From the IMG/VR virus record IMGVR_UViG_3300028377_000004, positions 32,001 to 96,000 of that record: DNA of 64,000 nucleotides; one strand, 5' to 3'. The position numbers were made by a program, and so were the translations under genes. The notes beneath the pieces were generated by a model. That model ran no database searches. It was not told the DNA's origin and saw nothing but the letters and a program-made list of their open reading frames with translations. Positions 18,950 through 28,028 of this stretch are shown here, piece after piece. Position 1 is the first letter of the stretch. Every line of letters begins with the position of its first letter. The DNA comes from a virus.

Positions 18950-20563
18950 ATGTCAAGCAAAAAATACGTTAGAGTACCCCCAGATTCTGCGGGGAAAAGA
19001 ATACAACACGATGTCACCCTATTGGTTGAGTACAGTTCGGGTACAACTGCCTTTAAAATAGGGGATAAAGTTGTAGGACAAAGTTCGCAAGTAAGAGGGG
19101 AAATCGGACGTGTGATAAACGGATCTACCACAGTAGAGGGATCCTTTTATTTAGTAATTGAGCTGGATAGTGATGAGAATCTTACTGTAGGAGAAACCCT
19201 TCTAGTAGATGGGGTTCCTTATGCTCAAGTCGCTAATAGCACCCCATTATATTCACAGAGAATACAGATAGTGGGGGGCACAAATACAACCAATGTCGTA
19301 AATATAGATGATAGAGGGGCTATCTACACCCGCAGTGCCGACGGATCTAACCTCTACGACGCTTTCGGGAAATTGGAAGTCTCACAGAATACCACTATAG
19401 GAGAGTATTCATTTCAGTATGACAAGTTACCCGAAGAGATCTATTATGAGACGGTCGGGAACGCCTCCATAGGGCATCAACCTAGGTTTTCGGGGATCTT
19501 GTTATCTTGTGATACTACAAGCGGGGATTCCGCAATTGGAACTACTCATTTATATCATAAATATCAAGCGTCGGTATCTCAGCATGTGGGAATGAGTGTG
19601 TCTATAGGAGATGCGGGGAAAGATAATGTAGTCAGAAGATGGGGATATTTTGACCAAGAAGATGGTATGTTTTTTGAAAGGGACGGACAGACCTTAAATG
19701 TGGTAATCAGGAGTTCTGCTACAGGTCAAATAGAAGAACTTAGGATTCCACAATCACAATGGAATGGGGATCGCCTAAACGGGGAGGGTGGTACTTTCAA
19801 CCTGAGTCGCTACGCACTAGATCCTACTACTCTATTTTTGTGGTGGATTGATTTCCATTGGTATGGAGCAGGCGTTGTTAGATTTGGTATCCAATTAAAT
19901 GGAAAGAGAATCGTGTGTCACCAAACCTCGTCGGAAGATCGGGGGGGACTTCCTTTTATTAGAAAAGCATCCTTACCTATTAGATTTGAACAATTTAACA
20001 CAGACACATCGATATCCATTAGTGAAATGCGAGTGGTGGAAGCTTCCGTAAATACAACGGGAAGATTCCTTCCAAAATATAAATCATTTGGTATTGAAGG
20101 CGAGATCCCCCCTCTTCCTATAAGTAGTAACTCATTTGTTCCGTTGTTTTCAGGTCGACTTAAACAAGAATTCAAAGGTTCAGATAACAGAACAGTGGCC
20201 TTACCTAGAGATATCTCAGCCTATGTCATGGGAAATGGTCCTATAGAAGTTCAAATCATAAAAAATGGAACATTAGCTGGGGATACTTGGACAATCGACG
20301 CAGGGGCAGAAAGCGCTGTAGAGATAGATGCTACTGCCTCTTCAATAACGGGCGGTAGGCTGGTCTGGAAAGACATTATAGGACCTAATACCAAAGAGAA
20401 AATGGATTTGACACCGGTTTTTAATTTTGAACAGGGAGATACGGTGAAAAGACACGCCAATATAGAGGACTACGACACTTTCACCCTACTGGCACGAATT
20501 GTTATCCCTGGTGGAGACCCTGTAAACGCATCTTTTGTGTTAACAGTGTCGGAGATACAATAA
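18950..20563 (+). CDS. Putative fibre/receptor-binding protein, paralog B
   Basis: Shares RVPPDS.GKR, DAFGKLEVSQ.TTIGEY, RRWGYFDQ.DGMFFE, DRLNGEGGTFNLS and KRHANI..YDT with paralog A. Confidence 0.65.
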   Translation: MSSKKYVRVPPDSAGKRIQHDVTLLVEYSSGTTAFKIGDKVVGQSSQVRGEIGRVINGSTTVEGSFYLVIELDSDENLTVGETLLVDGVPYAQVANSTPLYSQRIQIVGGTNTTNVVNIDDRGAIYTRSADGSNLYDAFGKLEVSQNTTIGEYSFQYDKLPEEIYYETVGNASIGHQPRFSGILLSCDTTSGDSAIGTTHLYHKYQASVSQHVGMSVSIGDAGKDNVVRRWGYFDQEDGMFFERDGQTLNVVIRSSATGQIEELRIPQSQWNGDRLNGEGGTFNLSRYALDPTTLFLWWIDFHWYGAGVVRFGIQLNGKRIVCHQTSSEDRGGLPFIRKASLPIRFEQFNTDTSISISEMRVVEASVNTTGRFLPKYKSFGIEGEIPPLPISSNSFVPLFSGRLKQEFKGSDNRTVALPRDISAYVMGNGPIEVQIIKNGTLAGDTWTIDAGAESAVEIDATASSITGGRLVWKDIIGPNTKEKMDLTPVFNFEQGDTVKRHANIEDYDTFTLLARIVIPGGDPVNASFVLTVSEIQ

Positions 20564-21111
20564 TGATCGCTACCTTCTATGGTTTCTGGGACGAATGGGA
20601 GCTTTATCATAAAGTCACTTTTGATGGAGCTAATAAATTGATCCTTGTGAATAGGGGTGAAACTACTATTAACGTGGAGATAGATCTCTACTCAGACTGG
20701 AAAGAATGGTCTGCCATTAGAGACCATTCCAAATTTGAACAAGCAATGAGAAATGTGGGTGGTGACCCCCTTCCCGGCGATGACCAGTTGGGAGCTACTT
20801 TCTTCTTAACAAATGGATGGAGAATTAAAACATGGGAAGGAGACCACGAACTTTTTGTAACAGGAAACCTTTTCACTGAAGTCGGGGATCCTCCCTTTTT
20901 ACCAACACCCGGCCCTTATACCATATTGATTAATCAGAGAGTATCTAACCTTATTGATAAAGTTGGATTTCCGGGGAGCGTAGAAGAAATGGCGGATGCT
21001 GTATGGGATCGAATGGTATCGGAGCATACTGAAGAAGGAAGTTTTGGAGAGAAAATAGGTAGAAAACTTATTATGGTTCTCTTAGAAGACATGGGCGTAG
21101 AAGTAGACTGA
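20563..21111 (+). CDS. Hypothetical protein, probably structural
   Basis: TAATG overlap with the upstream gene. Confidence 0.7.
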   Translation: MIATFYGFWDEWELYHKVTFDGANKLILVNRGETTINVEIDLYSDWKEWSAIRDHSKFEQAMRNVGGDPLPGDDQLGATFFLTNGWRIKTWEGDHELFVTGNLFTEVGDPPFLPTPGPYTILINQRVSNLIDKVGFPGSVEEMADAVWDRMVSEHTEEGSFGEKIGRKLIMVLLEDMGVEVD

Positions 21112-21228
21112 ACTCAATAAAAATCTGGAGGTTCTTTTAATAATGGAGCTAACCAGAGAAATACTAATGTCGTCGATCCTAGTTACGAAGGACCTCGGAA
21201 AATTTATAATTGTGAAGGTAAGTTAATA

Positions 21229-21367
21229 ATGACTAAAAAAACAAATTAAAGTCGTACTATCAGGATCCGGAACTCTTTATCCAATGCACGCAGGCGCTCT
21301 CCATTATCTATCAGATGCAGGTTATGATCTGGTTTCGGGATACCTAATTCAGGGAAGATTTTTATGA
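21229..21367 (+). pseudogene. Frameshifted, truncated patatin N-terminal remnant
   Basis: After a 7-A run, the shifted frame reads IKVVLSGSGTLYPMHAGALHYLSDAGY, paralogous to IKVVLSGAGVLYPLHAGAIKRLVDEGH of the next gene. It stops at an ATGA overlap. Confidence 0.75.
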
Positions 21368-22149
21368 AAATAAAAGTAGTATTATCAGGGGCGGGGGTTC
21401 TATATCCACTCCATGCTGGTGCAATAAAGAGACTAGTAGACGAAGGTCATATCATTACTGATATTTGTGGTATTTCAGGCGGGGCTATTATAGCAGCAGC
21501 TATCGCATCTGGAATCCAAATAAAAGACCTTGAGGCTCTAATTTTAGACACAGTTCCTTCCGAAAACAAACTACTTGACTGGTCTTTGTTAGCGCCTTGG
21601 AAATGGGGTTTATATAAGGGAGATAAATTAGAAAAAGTATTTCAAGACCTATTTGTGAGTAAATTTAAGGACACTAAAATTTCTCTTTCTATTGGTGCTA
21701 CTAATCTTAATGCCAAATCTCACACGATTTTTTCTACGGAAAATACCCCAGAATTTTCCGTTGCAAAAGCAGTACGAGCATCTATTGCAATTCCCGGAGT
21801 TTTCCAACCTGTAAAAATAGGGGAGAGTTATTTGTGTGACGGTGGGGTATCAGCTAATTTCCCTTTGAATATTTATGGCACAGGGGAAAATGTTTTCGGA
21901 TTACGAATACGGTCGGGTGAGCAACTTAAAGAGAGAATTAAAATATCATCCCTTAAGGACTATGGAGCCGCAGTAATTAGTTCAATGATGGAGGCCATAA
22001 GTAAAGAGCACATAGAAGATGCAGTATTTGCTAGAACAATGATATTGACATCGGAAACCTCTTCTTTGAATTTATACTCATCATCAGAAATTATGGAATC
22101 TTTATTTCAAGAAGGATATCAACAGGCAGGAAAATGGCTAGAAAAATAA
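21364..22149 (+). CDS. Patatin-like phospholipase
   Basis: Gly-rich loop LSGAG..H.GA, nucleophile elbow GISGG, VRASIAIPGVF and catalytic DGG. Confidence 0.92.
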   Translation: MKIKVVLSGAGVLYPLHAGAIKRLVDEGHIITDICGISGGAIIAAAIASGIQIKDLEALILDTVPSENKLLDWSLLAPWKWGLYKGDKLEKVFQDLFVSKFKDTKISLSIGATNLNAKSHTIFSTENTPEFSVAKAVRASIAIPGVFQPVKIGESYLCDGGVSANFPLNIYGTGENVFGLRIRSGEQLKERIKISSLKDYGAAVISSMMEAISKEHIEDAVFARTMILTSETSSLNLYSSSEIMESLFQEGYQQAGKWLEK

Positions 22150-22558
22150 AAAGCGGTATTTATCAGATTATAAACATCAAAAATGGAAAAAGATATTTTG
22201 GGGCCAGCAAGAGAGTTCATTCTAGAATCAAAAACCATAAAAATAAATTGAAAAAAGGAACACATTTTAATGTACATTTACAATCTGCATGGAATAATGA
22301 TGGATCCGAAAATTTTCAATTTTCAATAGTTGAATATTGTCCTGAAAATATTCGATTTATACGGGAAGAAATGTACCTAAAAACTTATTTAAACTGTAAC
22401 AGATGGTCAGAACTTTATAATTTTGAAAAATTTCCAACAAAAGGTCCAAGCTACAATATAAAGGGGGAAGATCATCATTGGTATGGGAAAAACACTCTCC
22501 CGAAACTCTTGAAAAAATGTCTATAGCTCAGTCCCTTCGTCCAATACCACTTCATTAG
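22134..22558 (+). CDS. GIY-YIG homing endonuclease with frameshifted NUMOD3 motif
   Basis: SGIYQI.N..NGKRYFG.S; ORF ends 22526, but adding one A to the run at 22488-22492 restores WYGKKHSPETLEKMSIAQ, ending at 22558. Confidence 0.85.
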
Positions 22559-22567
22559 GAGAACCCC

Positions 22568-23140
22568 GTGCAGTTAAAAGACCCGCTTATTAAACTAGGA
22601 AACACTCATCCTGAATTAAGAGATCATCTTCGACATATTTTAAGCTCTTTAGATGAGGGTAGAGATATCGCTGTAAAAGCCTATAACGAAATGTATTCTT
22701 TCTTTTACCCAGAATGGAGTCAGCTAGAAGGAAATAATAGGGGAATCATACAATGGAGACAGCAGGATCTGGAAAGGGTTGGAGCACCTGCTAGAGAATT
22801 GATGAGTTTTTACGAAGAATTACGATTCCTGATAAAAGAAGTGTCTAAGTCCGAGTCTGCCTATGACCAACATGATTTCGACTTAGCAGATATATCTAAA
22901 AATATGAAAGTTTTCCGTGATGCCAAAAGAAAAGTAGATAAATTTTACGATCAGAAAAAGAAACAAGCCCTGTCTCTCATTAGAGAAGCTGGCGGTACTT
23001 TGGAAATAAGAGACTTAATTATAAACAGATATCCAGGGCTACGCGATATAAAGAAAGCACTAGAAATGCTTACACATGAAGGAAAAGTTAAAAAAAGGGG
23101 GAGTACTACTAAACAGCAGACCCTTACTTATAGTTTGTAA
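22568..23140 (+). CDS. Hypothetical protein with N-terminal LIKLG..HPELRDHL tag and C-terminal wHTH-like domain
   Basis: GTG start with ggag RBS; QLKDPLIKLGNTHPELRDHLRHIL; C-terminal ..IKKALEMLTHEGKVKK...YSL. Confidence 0.7.
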   Translation: MQLKDPLIKLGNTHPELRDHLRHILSSLDEGRDIAVKAYNEMYSFFYPEWSQLEGNNRGIIQWRQQDLERVGAPARELMSFYEELRFLIKEVSKSESAYDQHDFDLADISKNMKVFRDAKRKVDKFYDQKKKQALSLIREAGGTLEIRDLIINRYPGLRDIKKALEMLTHEGKVKKRGSTTKQQTLTYSL

Positions 23141-23157
23141 CTCTAGGTAAAGAATTG

Positions 23158-23202
23158 AAATAAAAACCCTTTGATCCAAATAAGATCAAAGGGTTTTTAT
23201 TT
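23158..23202. terminator. Bidirectional intrinsic terminator at the main strand switch
   Basis: Perfect 19-bp stem aaataaaaaccctttgatc/gatcaaagggtttttattt. Confidence 0.9.
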
Positions 23203-23214
23203 TTAGAGAAGAAA

Positions 23215-23601
23215 CTAACTAGGAAAGATCTCATTCGTATCTAGGTCTATCCAATGAAATTCTCCACTCCCCCAAATCCCATCTATATGGTTAGGCACCT
23301 CTTCATCTATTTCTTCATCAAAATAAACATTCTCTACTTCGATCTGTAAGTAGTCGTCTAGCTTGTGGAGACGATCTGTGGAGTGGAAAAACCTATTCTG
23401 TCTGGCCCAATATAACCCGGGAGCTAGAGAATTAAAAAGAAAAACAACCCTCTCCTTGGTGAGATCTCCATCTTCCCAGTGATGCTTATTATTTTCCCAG
23501 GGATGTCTAGCACTTTCTGTATTACTCATAATTTCAAGAAATGCTAGGATCGTATAGTAGAAATCGTTATCATCGAATCTAATTCCCAGTCTTTTAATCA
23601 T
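23215..23601 (-). CDS. Hypothetical protein
   Basis: 128-aa ORF downstream of the ligase gene. Confidence 0.7.
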   Translation of the reverse strand: MIKRLGIRFDDNDFYYTILAFLEIMSNTESARHPWENNKHHWEDGDLTKERVVFLFNSLAPGLYWARQNRFFHSTDRLHKLDDYLQIEVENVYFDEEIDEEVPNHIDGIWGSGEFHWIDLDTNEIFPS

Positions 23602-23611
23602 TCCGGATCCT

Positions 23612-25738
23612 TTAATTCAGTTCAAGGTCCACTTCAAAACTCAGAGAGTCCAGAGAAATTTTCTCTTCTCCATCCTTCCATCTAGTTACAATAGCTTTGA
23701 AGCCAGTACAAGGTTCATGACTCCACATAACATCGTCAAGGGGTAGTTCACCATTTCGAGCGTAAGCCATTATGAAACCGAATAGAGTTTGGTCAAATTT
23801 TTCTCGGGACCACATGGCTAGGGTTTTGTAATACTCACCAGTTTGTAAATCTCCTTTATCGTATCGATCGTTAAAATCTTCGACAATAGCAGTTGCATTG
23901 TCTCGAATTTCCTTGACCCCTTTCATATACATCATGAACCTGTCAAAATGTTCCCGATAGAAGGATTCGACCTCTTCTTCAGTCAAAAGGTTCTTTTTCA
24001 ACTGCGCATTAAACGTGTCCCAATCCTGCATTTCAGGACGATTCCAGATCATTTCCACAACGCTTTTATAAGTACACTGAAATTTAAGGCGATGATATTT
24101 CAGGTACTCCATTGTTTTCACTTTAACTCTGTGAATGACCTTCCCATCCTGCTCAAAGCAAACGATAGCCCCCTCGGGAAGATCCTCACGACCATCAAGA
24201 GCATTACGGACTTCGGCAACTCCCTGATCCAACTTGTCAGTTTTCAGAAATATTTCGGAAGTATCCAAATCATGTTCATCCGCGAATTCCGAAACTCGCG
24301 AGGAAGACCAATAATCATATTCTTCAAGGTCAAAAACCGAAAGAAGAGTTAGAGACTGGAGATCCCCATAATCCGTAACAACTCGGGCTTCAGGATGAAT
24401 CAATTCAAACACCAGAGTTTTTCCTTTCACAAAAGAAGGGTCAATAATGTGAGGATATTTTTCCTTTGCAATCTCACGAGCCGCTTCCATATAAGGGAAA
24501 CTGGAATCATCAATGTATTCTTCATTCCCTTCCATAACCGAACGTGTTGTAAATACAACGTTGCCCTCATGTTCAAAGACCTGAATCATCGTACCATCCA
24601 TTTTCTCGACGAATACGATGTCTACCCCTCTTACATCCTCAAAACGCCGTGACACTTCGTCTGAGAACTCACGACACCCATGATTGTGCATCTTCACCAG
24701 TGGTAAAGATACCAAACGATAAGGGTCTTTAGTATAGACAATACCTTTGGAATATAGTTGATGTTCTGCTTCCGGTTCAAAAAGAGCTTTGGAAGCGTTG
24801 GCAATTATAAGAGGACCACACTGTCTCTTATTAAGAAGTTCATCAGTATCTACCAAGTACAAAACATCTTCTTCTTTTTCCTGTAATTTTTCCAGGAGAT
24901 AGGGAAGGGACATATCTGTAATAGGTTTTGGCTTTGTAGTTCTAAGTTTTGGAGTCTTGCCCGATCCTCCAATAGCCAAGTTTCGACCATCTTCTCTTTC
25001 TTGACGAGAAAGTACGGACACTAGTTCTCTCTCAGGATATCGGAGAGCAGTGAGCTTGTTACCACCAAAGCAACAGGTATCTACACACACCGCCTTAGGC
25101 GTCACATAAGGCTCTTCATGCGTAACGTGTCCCCATACCACAAAAGGAGTATCTTCTGTGGCTTTTTCGTTATAGGAAGGAACCCAATCCAACCTAACAG
25201 GAAAACCATTAGCATCACGACCTCCAGTGGTATGTCCGTAGAGGGCCGCTGATTTTATACGGCCTCTACCCGCGTCCTTGGGAGGTGGCGCAGCATGGCA
25301 TACTAGAAGTTTACCTGCATCAAAAGTGATCGAAAGAGGAAGATCCAGAAGCCATTTAGAATAGTCCTGTTTCTTCTCATCTTCTTCCCAATCTTTCAAC
25401 TCTTCTAGGGTAGACTCCAAACCGTGTGCTATCTTGATCGGATTTCCTTTCAAAGCACGGCCTAGTTTGTCATCGTGATTTCCACGAGACACAAAAGCAA
25501 GATCTTCTTCTACATGCTTTCTGACAAATTCAAGGGCTTCCCTGCTTTTAGGTCCCCGGTCTGTGATATCTCCCACAAAAGCAAGAAGACGCCCCTCTGG
25601 GTGCCTCCACAAGCCTTCGGAATCAGGTTCGTAACCTAAGACCCCAAGTAGTTCAAGAAGCTCATCAAAACAGCCGTGAACGTCTCCTACGACATCTACT
25701 TTGGTTACTTCTGGGTATTCATTTTGCAAGTGCGTCAT
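23612..25738 (-). CDS. Metallophosphoesterase (Pnkp/PrpE-like) fused to T4 Rnl1-type RNA ligase
   Basis: N-terminal GDVHG, GDITDRGP, GNHD, ALYGHTTG..D..GFPVR, VVWGH; C-terminal EKMDG (motif I), FELI, EGAIV and RVKVK. Confidence 0.9.
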   Translation of the reverse strand: MTHLQNEYPEVTKVDVVGDVHGCFDELLELLGVLGYEPDSEGLWRHPEGRLLAFVGDITDRGPKSREALEFVRKHVEEDLAFVSRGNHDDKLGRALKGNPIKIAHGLESTLEELKDWEEDEKKQDYSKWLLDLPLSITFDAGKLLVCHAAPPPKDAGRGRIKSAALYGHTTGGRDANGFPVRLDWVPSYNEKATEDTPFVVWGHVTHEEPYVTPKAVCVDTCCFGGNKLTALRYPERELVSVLSRQEREDGRNLAIGGSGKTPKLRTTKPKPITDMSLPYLLEKLQEKEEDVLYLVDTDELLNKRQCGPLIIANASKALFEPEAEHQLYSKGIVYTKDPYRLVSLPLVKMHNHGCREFSDEVSRRFEDVRGVDIVFVEKMDGTMIQVFEHEGNVVFTTRSVMEGNEEYIDDSSFPYMEAAREIAKEKYPHIIDPSFVKGKTLVFELIHPEARVVTDYGDLQSLTLLSVFDLEEYDYWSSSRVSEFADEHDLDTSEIFLKTDKLDQGVAEVRNALDGREDLPEGAIVCFEQDGKVIHRVKVKTMEYLKYHRLKFQCTYKSVVEMIWNRPEMQDWDTFNAQLKKNLLTEEEVESFYREHFDRFMMYMKGVKEIRDNATAIVEDFNDRYDKGDLQTGEYYKTLAMWSREKFDQTLFGFIMAYARNGELPLDDVMWSHEPCTGFKAIVTRWKDGEEKISLDSLSFEVDLELN

Positions 25739-25779
25739 ATCATACTTCCTTTGATATACAAATACATCTCATAGCCCCC

Positions 25780-25811
25780 CTCTATATACCCTGGTTATCA
25801 GAATATTACAA
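25780..25811 (-). promoter_or_regulatory. Conserved phage promoter, copy 4
   Basis: On the minus strand: ttgtaa (25811-25806), 17 nt, tatata (25788-25783); core ccagggtatatagag. Confidence 0.8.
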
Positions 25812-25813
25812 GT

Positions 25814-25850
25814 AAAAACCTCCAGACCACTATAATAGCGATCCGGAGGT
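25814..25850 (-). terminator. Intrinsic terminator of the late (minus) transcript
   Basis: acctccggatcgcta-tta-tagtggtctggaggt stem followed by a U tract. Confidence 0.8.
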
Positions 25851-25875
25851 CTAAATATTCTAAAAGAATCCTATT

Positions 25876-28026
25876 TTACTTAATAGAAGATAGGAACCTG
25901 GAGGCCAGTCTCATTGCTAAAATATCTCTACCTTTCAGTTTGGAAAAAAGACTGTCTAGAATTGGCAATACTTTAGTCTCAAAGGTTTCTTGAGCCATAA
26001 ACTGATCCATCTCGTCTACGTCATAAGTCATTTGAGTAAGCCAAGGATTGGTAATATTATCTTCTGCTAATTTGGTGTAGACATATTGCTCCAACATTCG
26101 AGCCCAGATTTCCCCCAAATTAACGTAGTAATTTAGTTTTCTGGTATCCCCCCTAGCTACGTCTCGATATAAACGTTTGGCTTCTTCCACTATTTCAGGG
26201 GACAGTTCAGATTTATATTTGGCGTCTACCATGGACCTAAACTCATCATCATCATCCCAACTTAGTCCCGTCACATTAGTAATAGCTTTCGCAAGGACAC
26301 CTTCATAGGCACCTCCTAATTTATCGTTCCATCTCTGGAAGTCCTCTGTCTCTACGATTACTTCATAAAATTCAATGACTTCGGGTAAGTCTCGTTTCAG
26401 TTTTGTAAGCCACTTTCCAGTTCTATCAGGATCCTTTACTGTTTTGACATAGTAATCTGCTCTTACACTAGTCTCTGACCCTGTAATACTACTAGACATG
26501 GGGCTAGTCATTAGTCCATTCTCTCGCTTCCACTCCATCCATTCAGGGTCGTTTTGCTCCAGCTGGTATTTAAGAGCATCATCTAGGAAATGAGATAGTT
26601 CATGTGCCATAAGACCTTCATAGTCTTTTCCGAATCTGACTTCGGGTTGAAAACGAGAAGAGTCATGATAAGCAAAATAAGAAGCTTTGGAAGAGAACCG
26701 TTGGATATTCCCAAAGGAAAGTTTCAGGGGAACTCCATGTTTCCCGCAGAATCCCTTTCCAAAAATAGTTTCAAGGTCTTCAAAAGCGCGGGATACTCTT
26801 CCTAAAACTTCTCTTTTTTCTTCCTCAGAAAAATCCGAAGAAAATTCGATTTCTCCTACTTTATGTTTCGTAGCAAATTCCGGAGCATCGATAGGTTCAT
26901 ATTCAAGTAATGCAGGTTCTTGTCCTTTGGCGAGTACAAGGTTTTTTTCTGCTATTTTAAATTGTCTGTGAAATTCCCCTTGCAGTGAGCTAAGAATTTT
27001 ACGCTCGGTTCCTTCGCTTAGTACCCTCTCCAGGGTCCCCACACTTTTTGCCTGTGAGATCTGGGTCGCTATTTTTCCTAATTCTCTTCGGGACCTGATA
27101 GTAGAAGAATCCGCATATTCGTTTTTTATTCGTTCTACTTCTATCAATAATTTTTGTACCAAGAACTCGGTAATACCGTCTCTTTCAGTATTTTCTTGAG
27201 AGTCTAAAACATCCTCTATGGGTTGGTCATCTTCTCTGGTAACTATCCATAATGGGACTCCGGCTTCCCTCTGGATATTTTCAAATTCATCCTTAATCTC
27301 ATTTAACCTCTGAATATTAGCATCCATCTCTTCCCCTGGTTTGGGGTCAGATTTTAGGAGTGCTTTTCTCTCTTTTTCCAATTGGTTAGCTTTCTCTTTT
27401 AGATACTCTTTTTCTTCGGAATCCAGATCAAACCAAACACCAGGTTCCGCATCAGACCTAAGGGTTGGTACTTCAAGACTTCCCACTCCTATTTTTAGGA
27501 TCAAACGGAAAAGAGATCTGATTTTCGTAGGATATTCCGTATATTTCGTAATGAGATTATTAAGAACCTCAGTGAGTTCCCTTCGATATACTTTATAATC
27601 CTCTTCTTCCTCAAGATCCGCAAGAAATTGGAGGGATCTCAACATCTGTCGGTATCTCATATCGTGAGGCAGTCCAGATTCTTTTGGGCTAAGACGACTG
27701 AGAGGCTTTAGAACTCTAGCAGCTCTTCTTAGCATCAAGGATACCTTGCTTTTTGGAAGGGAAGCTAATTTCCTTAACTCACTTGCTGCTTTTTTGGCAT
27801 GGGCACTATCCGAATTTGATTCTAGGGTGGAAGCAACAACAACGCAAGCTTGTGAGAACTCTGGATGGAATTTTTTCCGAATTTTAAGGTATTTTTTAAT
27901 TTCAGAATCATTAAAAAAAGGATGCAAGACGATATAGTTTTGGATCACTAATAGAGTGATTCCTGCGGACATAGTATCCAACGCCCTGTCTGGGGTGAAT
28001 TCCTCTGGCATTTTAGGCATCTCCAT
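25876..28026 (-). CDS. Large protein with C-terminal LPD1-like zincin (HExxH) domain
   Basis: ASYF...LMAHELSHFLD...Y..LGEIWARMLEQYVYTKL...N.WL; ends MRLASRFL. Confidence 0.6.
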   Translation of the reverse strand: MEMPKMPEEFTPDRALDTMSAGITLLVIQNYIVLHPFFNDSEIKKYLKIRKKFHPEFSQACVVVASTLESNSDSAHAKKAASELRKLASLPKSKVSLMLRRAARVLKPLSRLSPKESGLPHDMRYRQMLRSLQFLADLEEEEDYKVYRRELTEVLNNLITKYTEYPTKIRSLFRLILKIGVGSLEVPTLRSDAEPGVWFDLDSEEKEYLKEKANQLEKERKALLKSDPKPGEEMDANIQRLNEIKDEFENIQREAGVPLWIVTREDDQPIEDVLDSQENTERDGITEFLVQKLLIEVERIKNEYADSSTIRSRRELGKIATQISQAKSVGTLERVLSEGTERKILSSLQGEFHRQFKIAEKNLVLAKGQEPALLEYEPIDAPEFATKHKVGEIEFSSDFSEEEKREVLGRVSRAFEDLETIFGKGFCGKHGVPLKLSFGNIQRFSSKASYFAYHDSSRFQPEVRFGKDYEGLMAHELSHFLDDALKYQLEQNDPEWMEWKRENGLMTSPMSSSITGSETSVRADYYVKTVKDPDRTGKWLTKLKRDLPEVIEFYEVIVETEDFQRWNDKLGGAYEGVLAKAITNVTGLSWDDDDEFRSMVDAKYKSELSPEIVEEAKRLYRDVARGDTRKLNYYVNLGEIWARMLEQYVYTKLAEDNITNPWLTQMTYDVDEMDQFMAQETFETKVLPILDSLFSKLKGRDILAMRLASRFLSSIK

Positions 28027-28028
28027 TC

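Noticed and set aside
23612-25738. Classical Pnkp-Hen1 operon
   Set aside because: No Hen1-like Rossmann methyltransferase in the window, and the ligase motifs are Rnl1-type.
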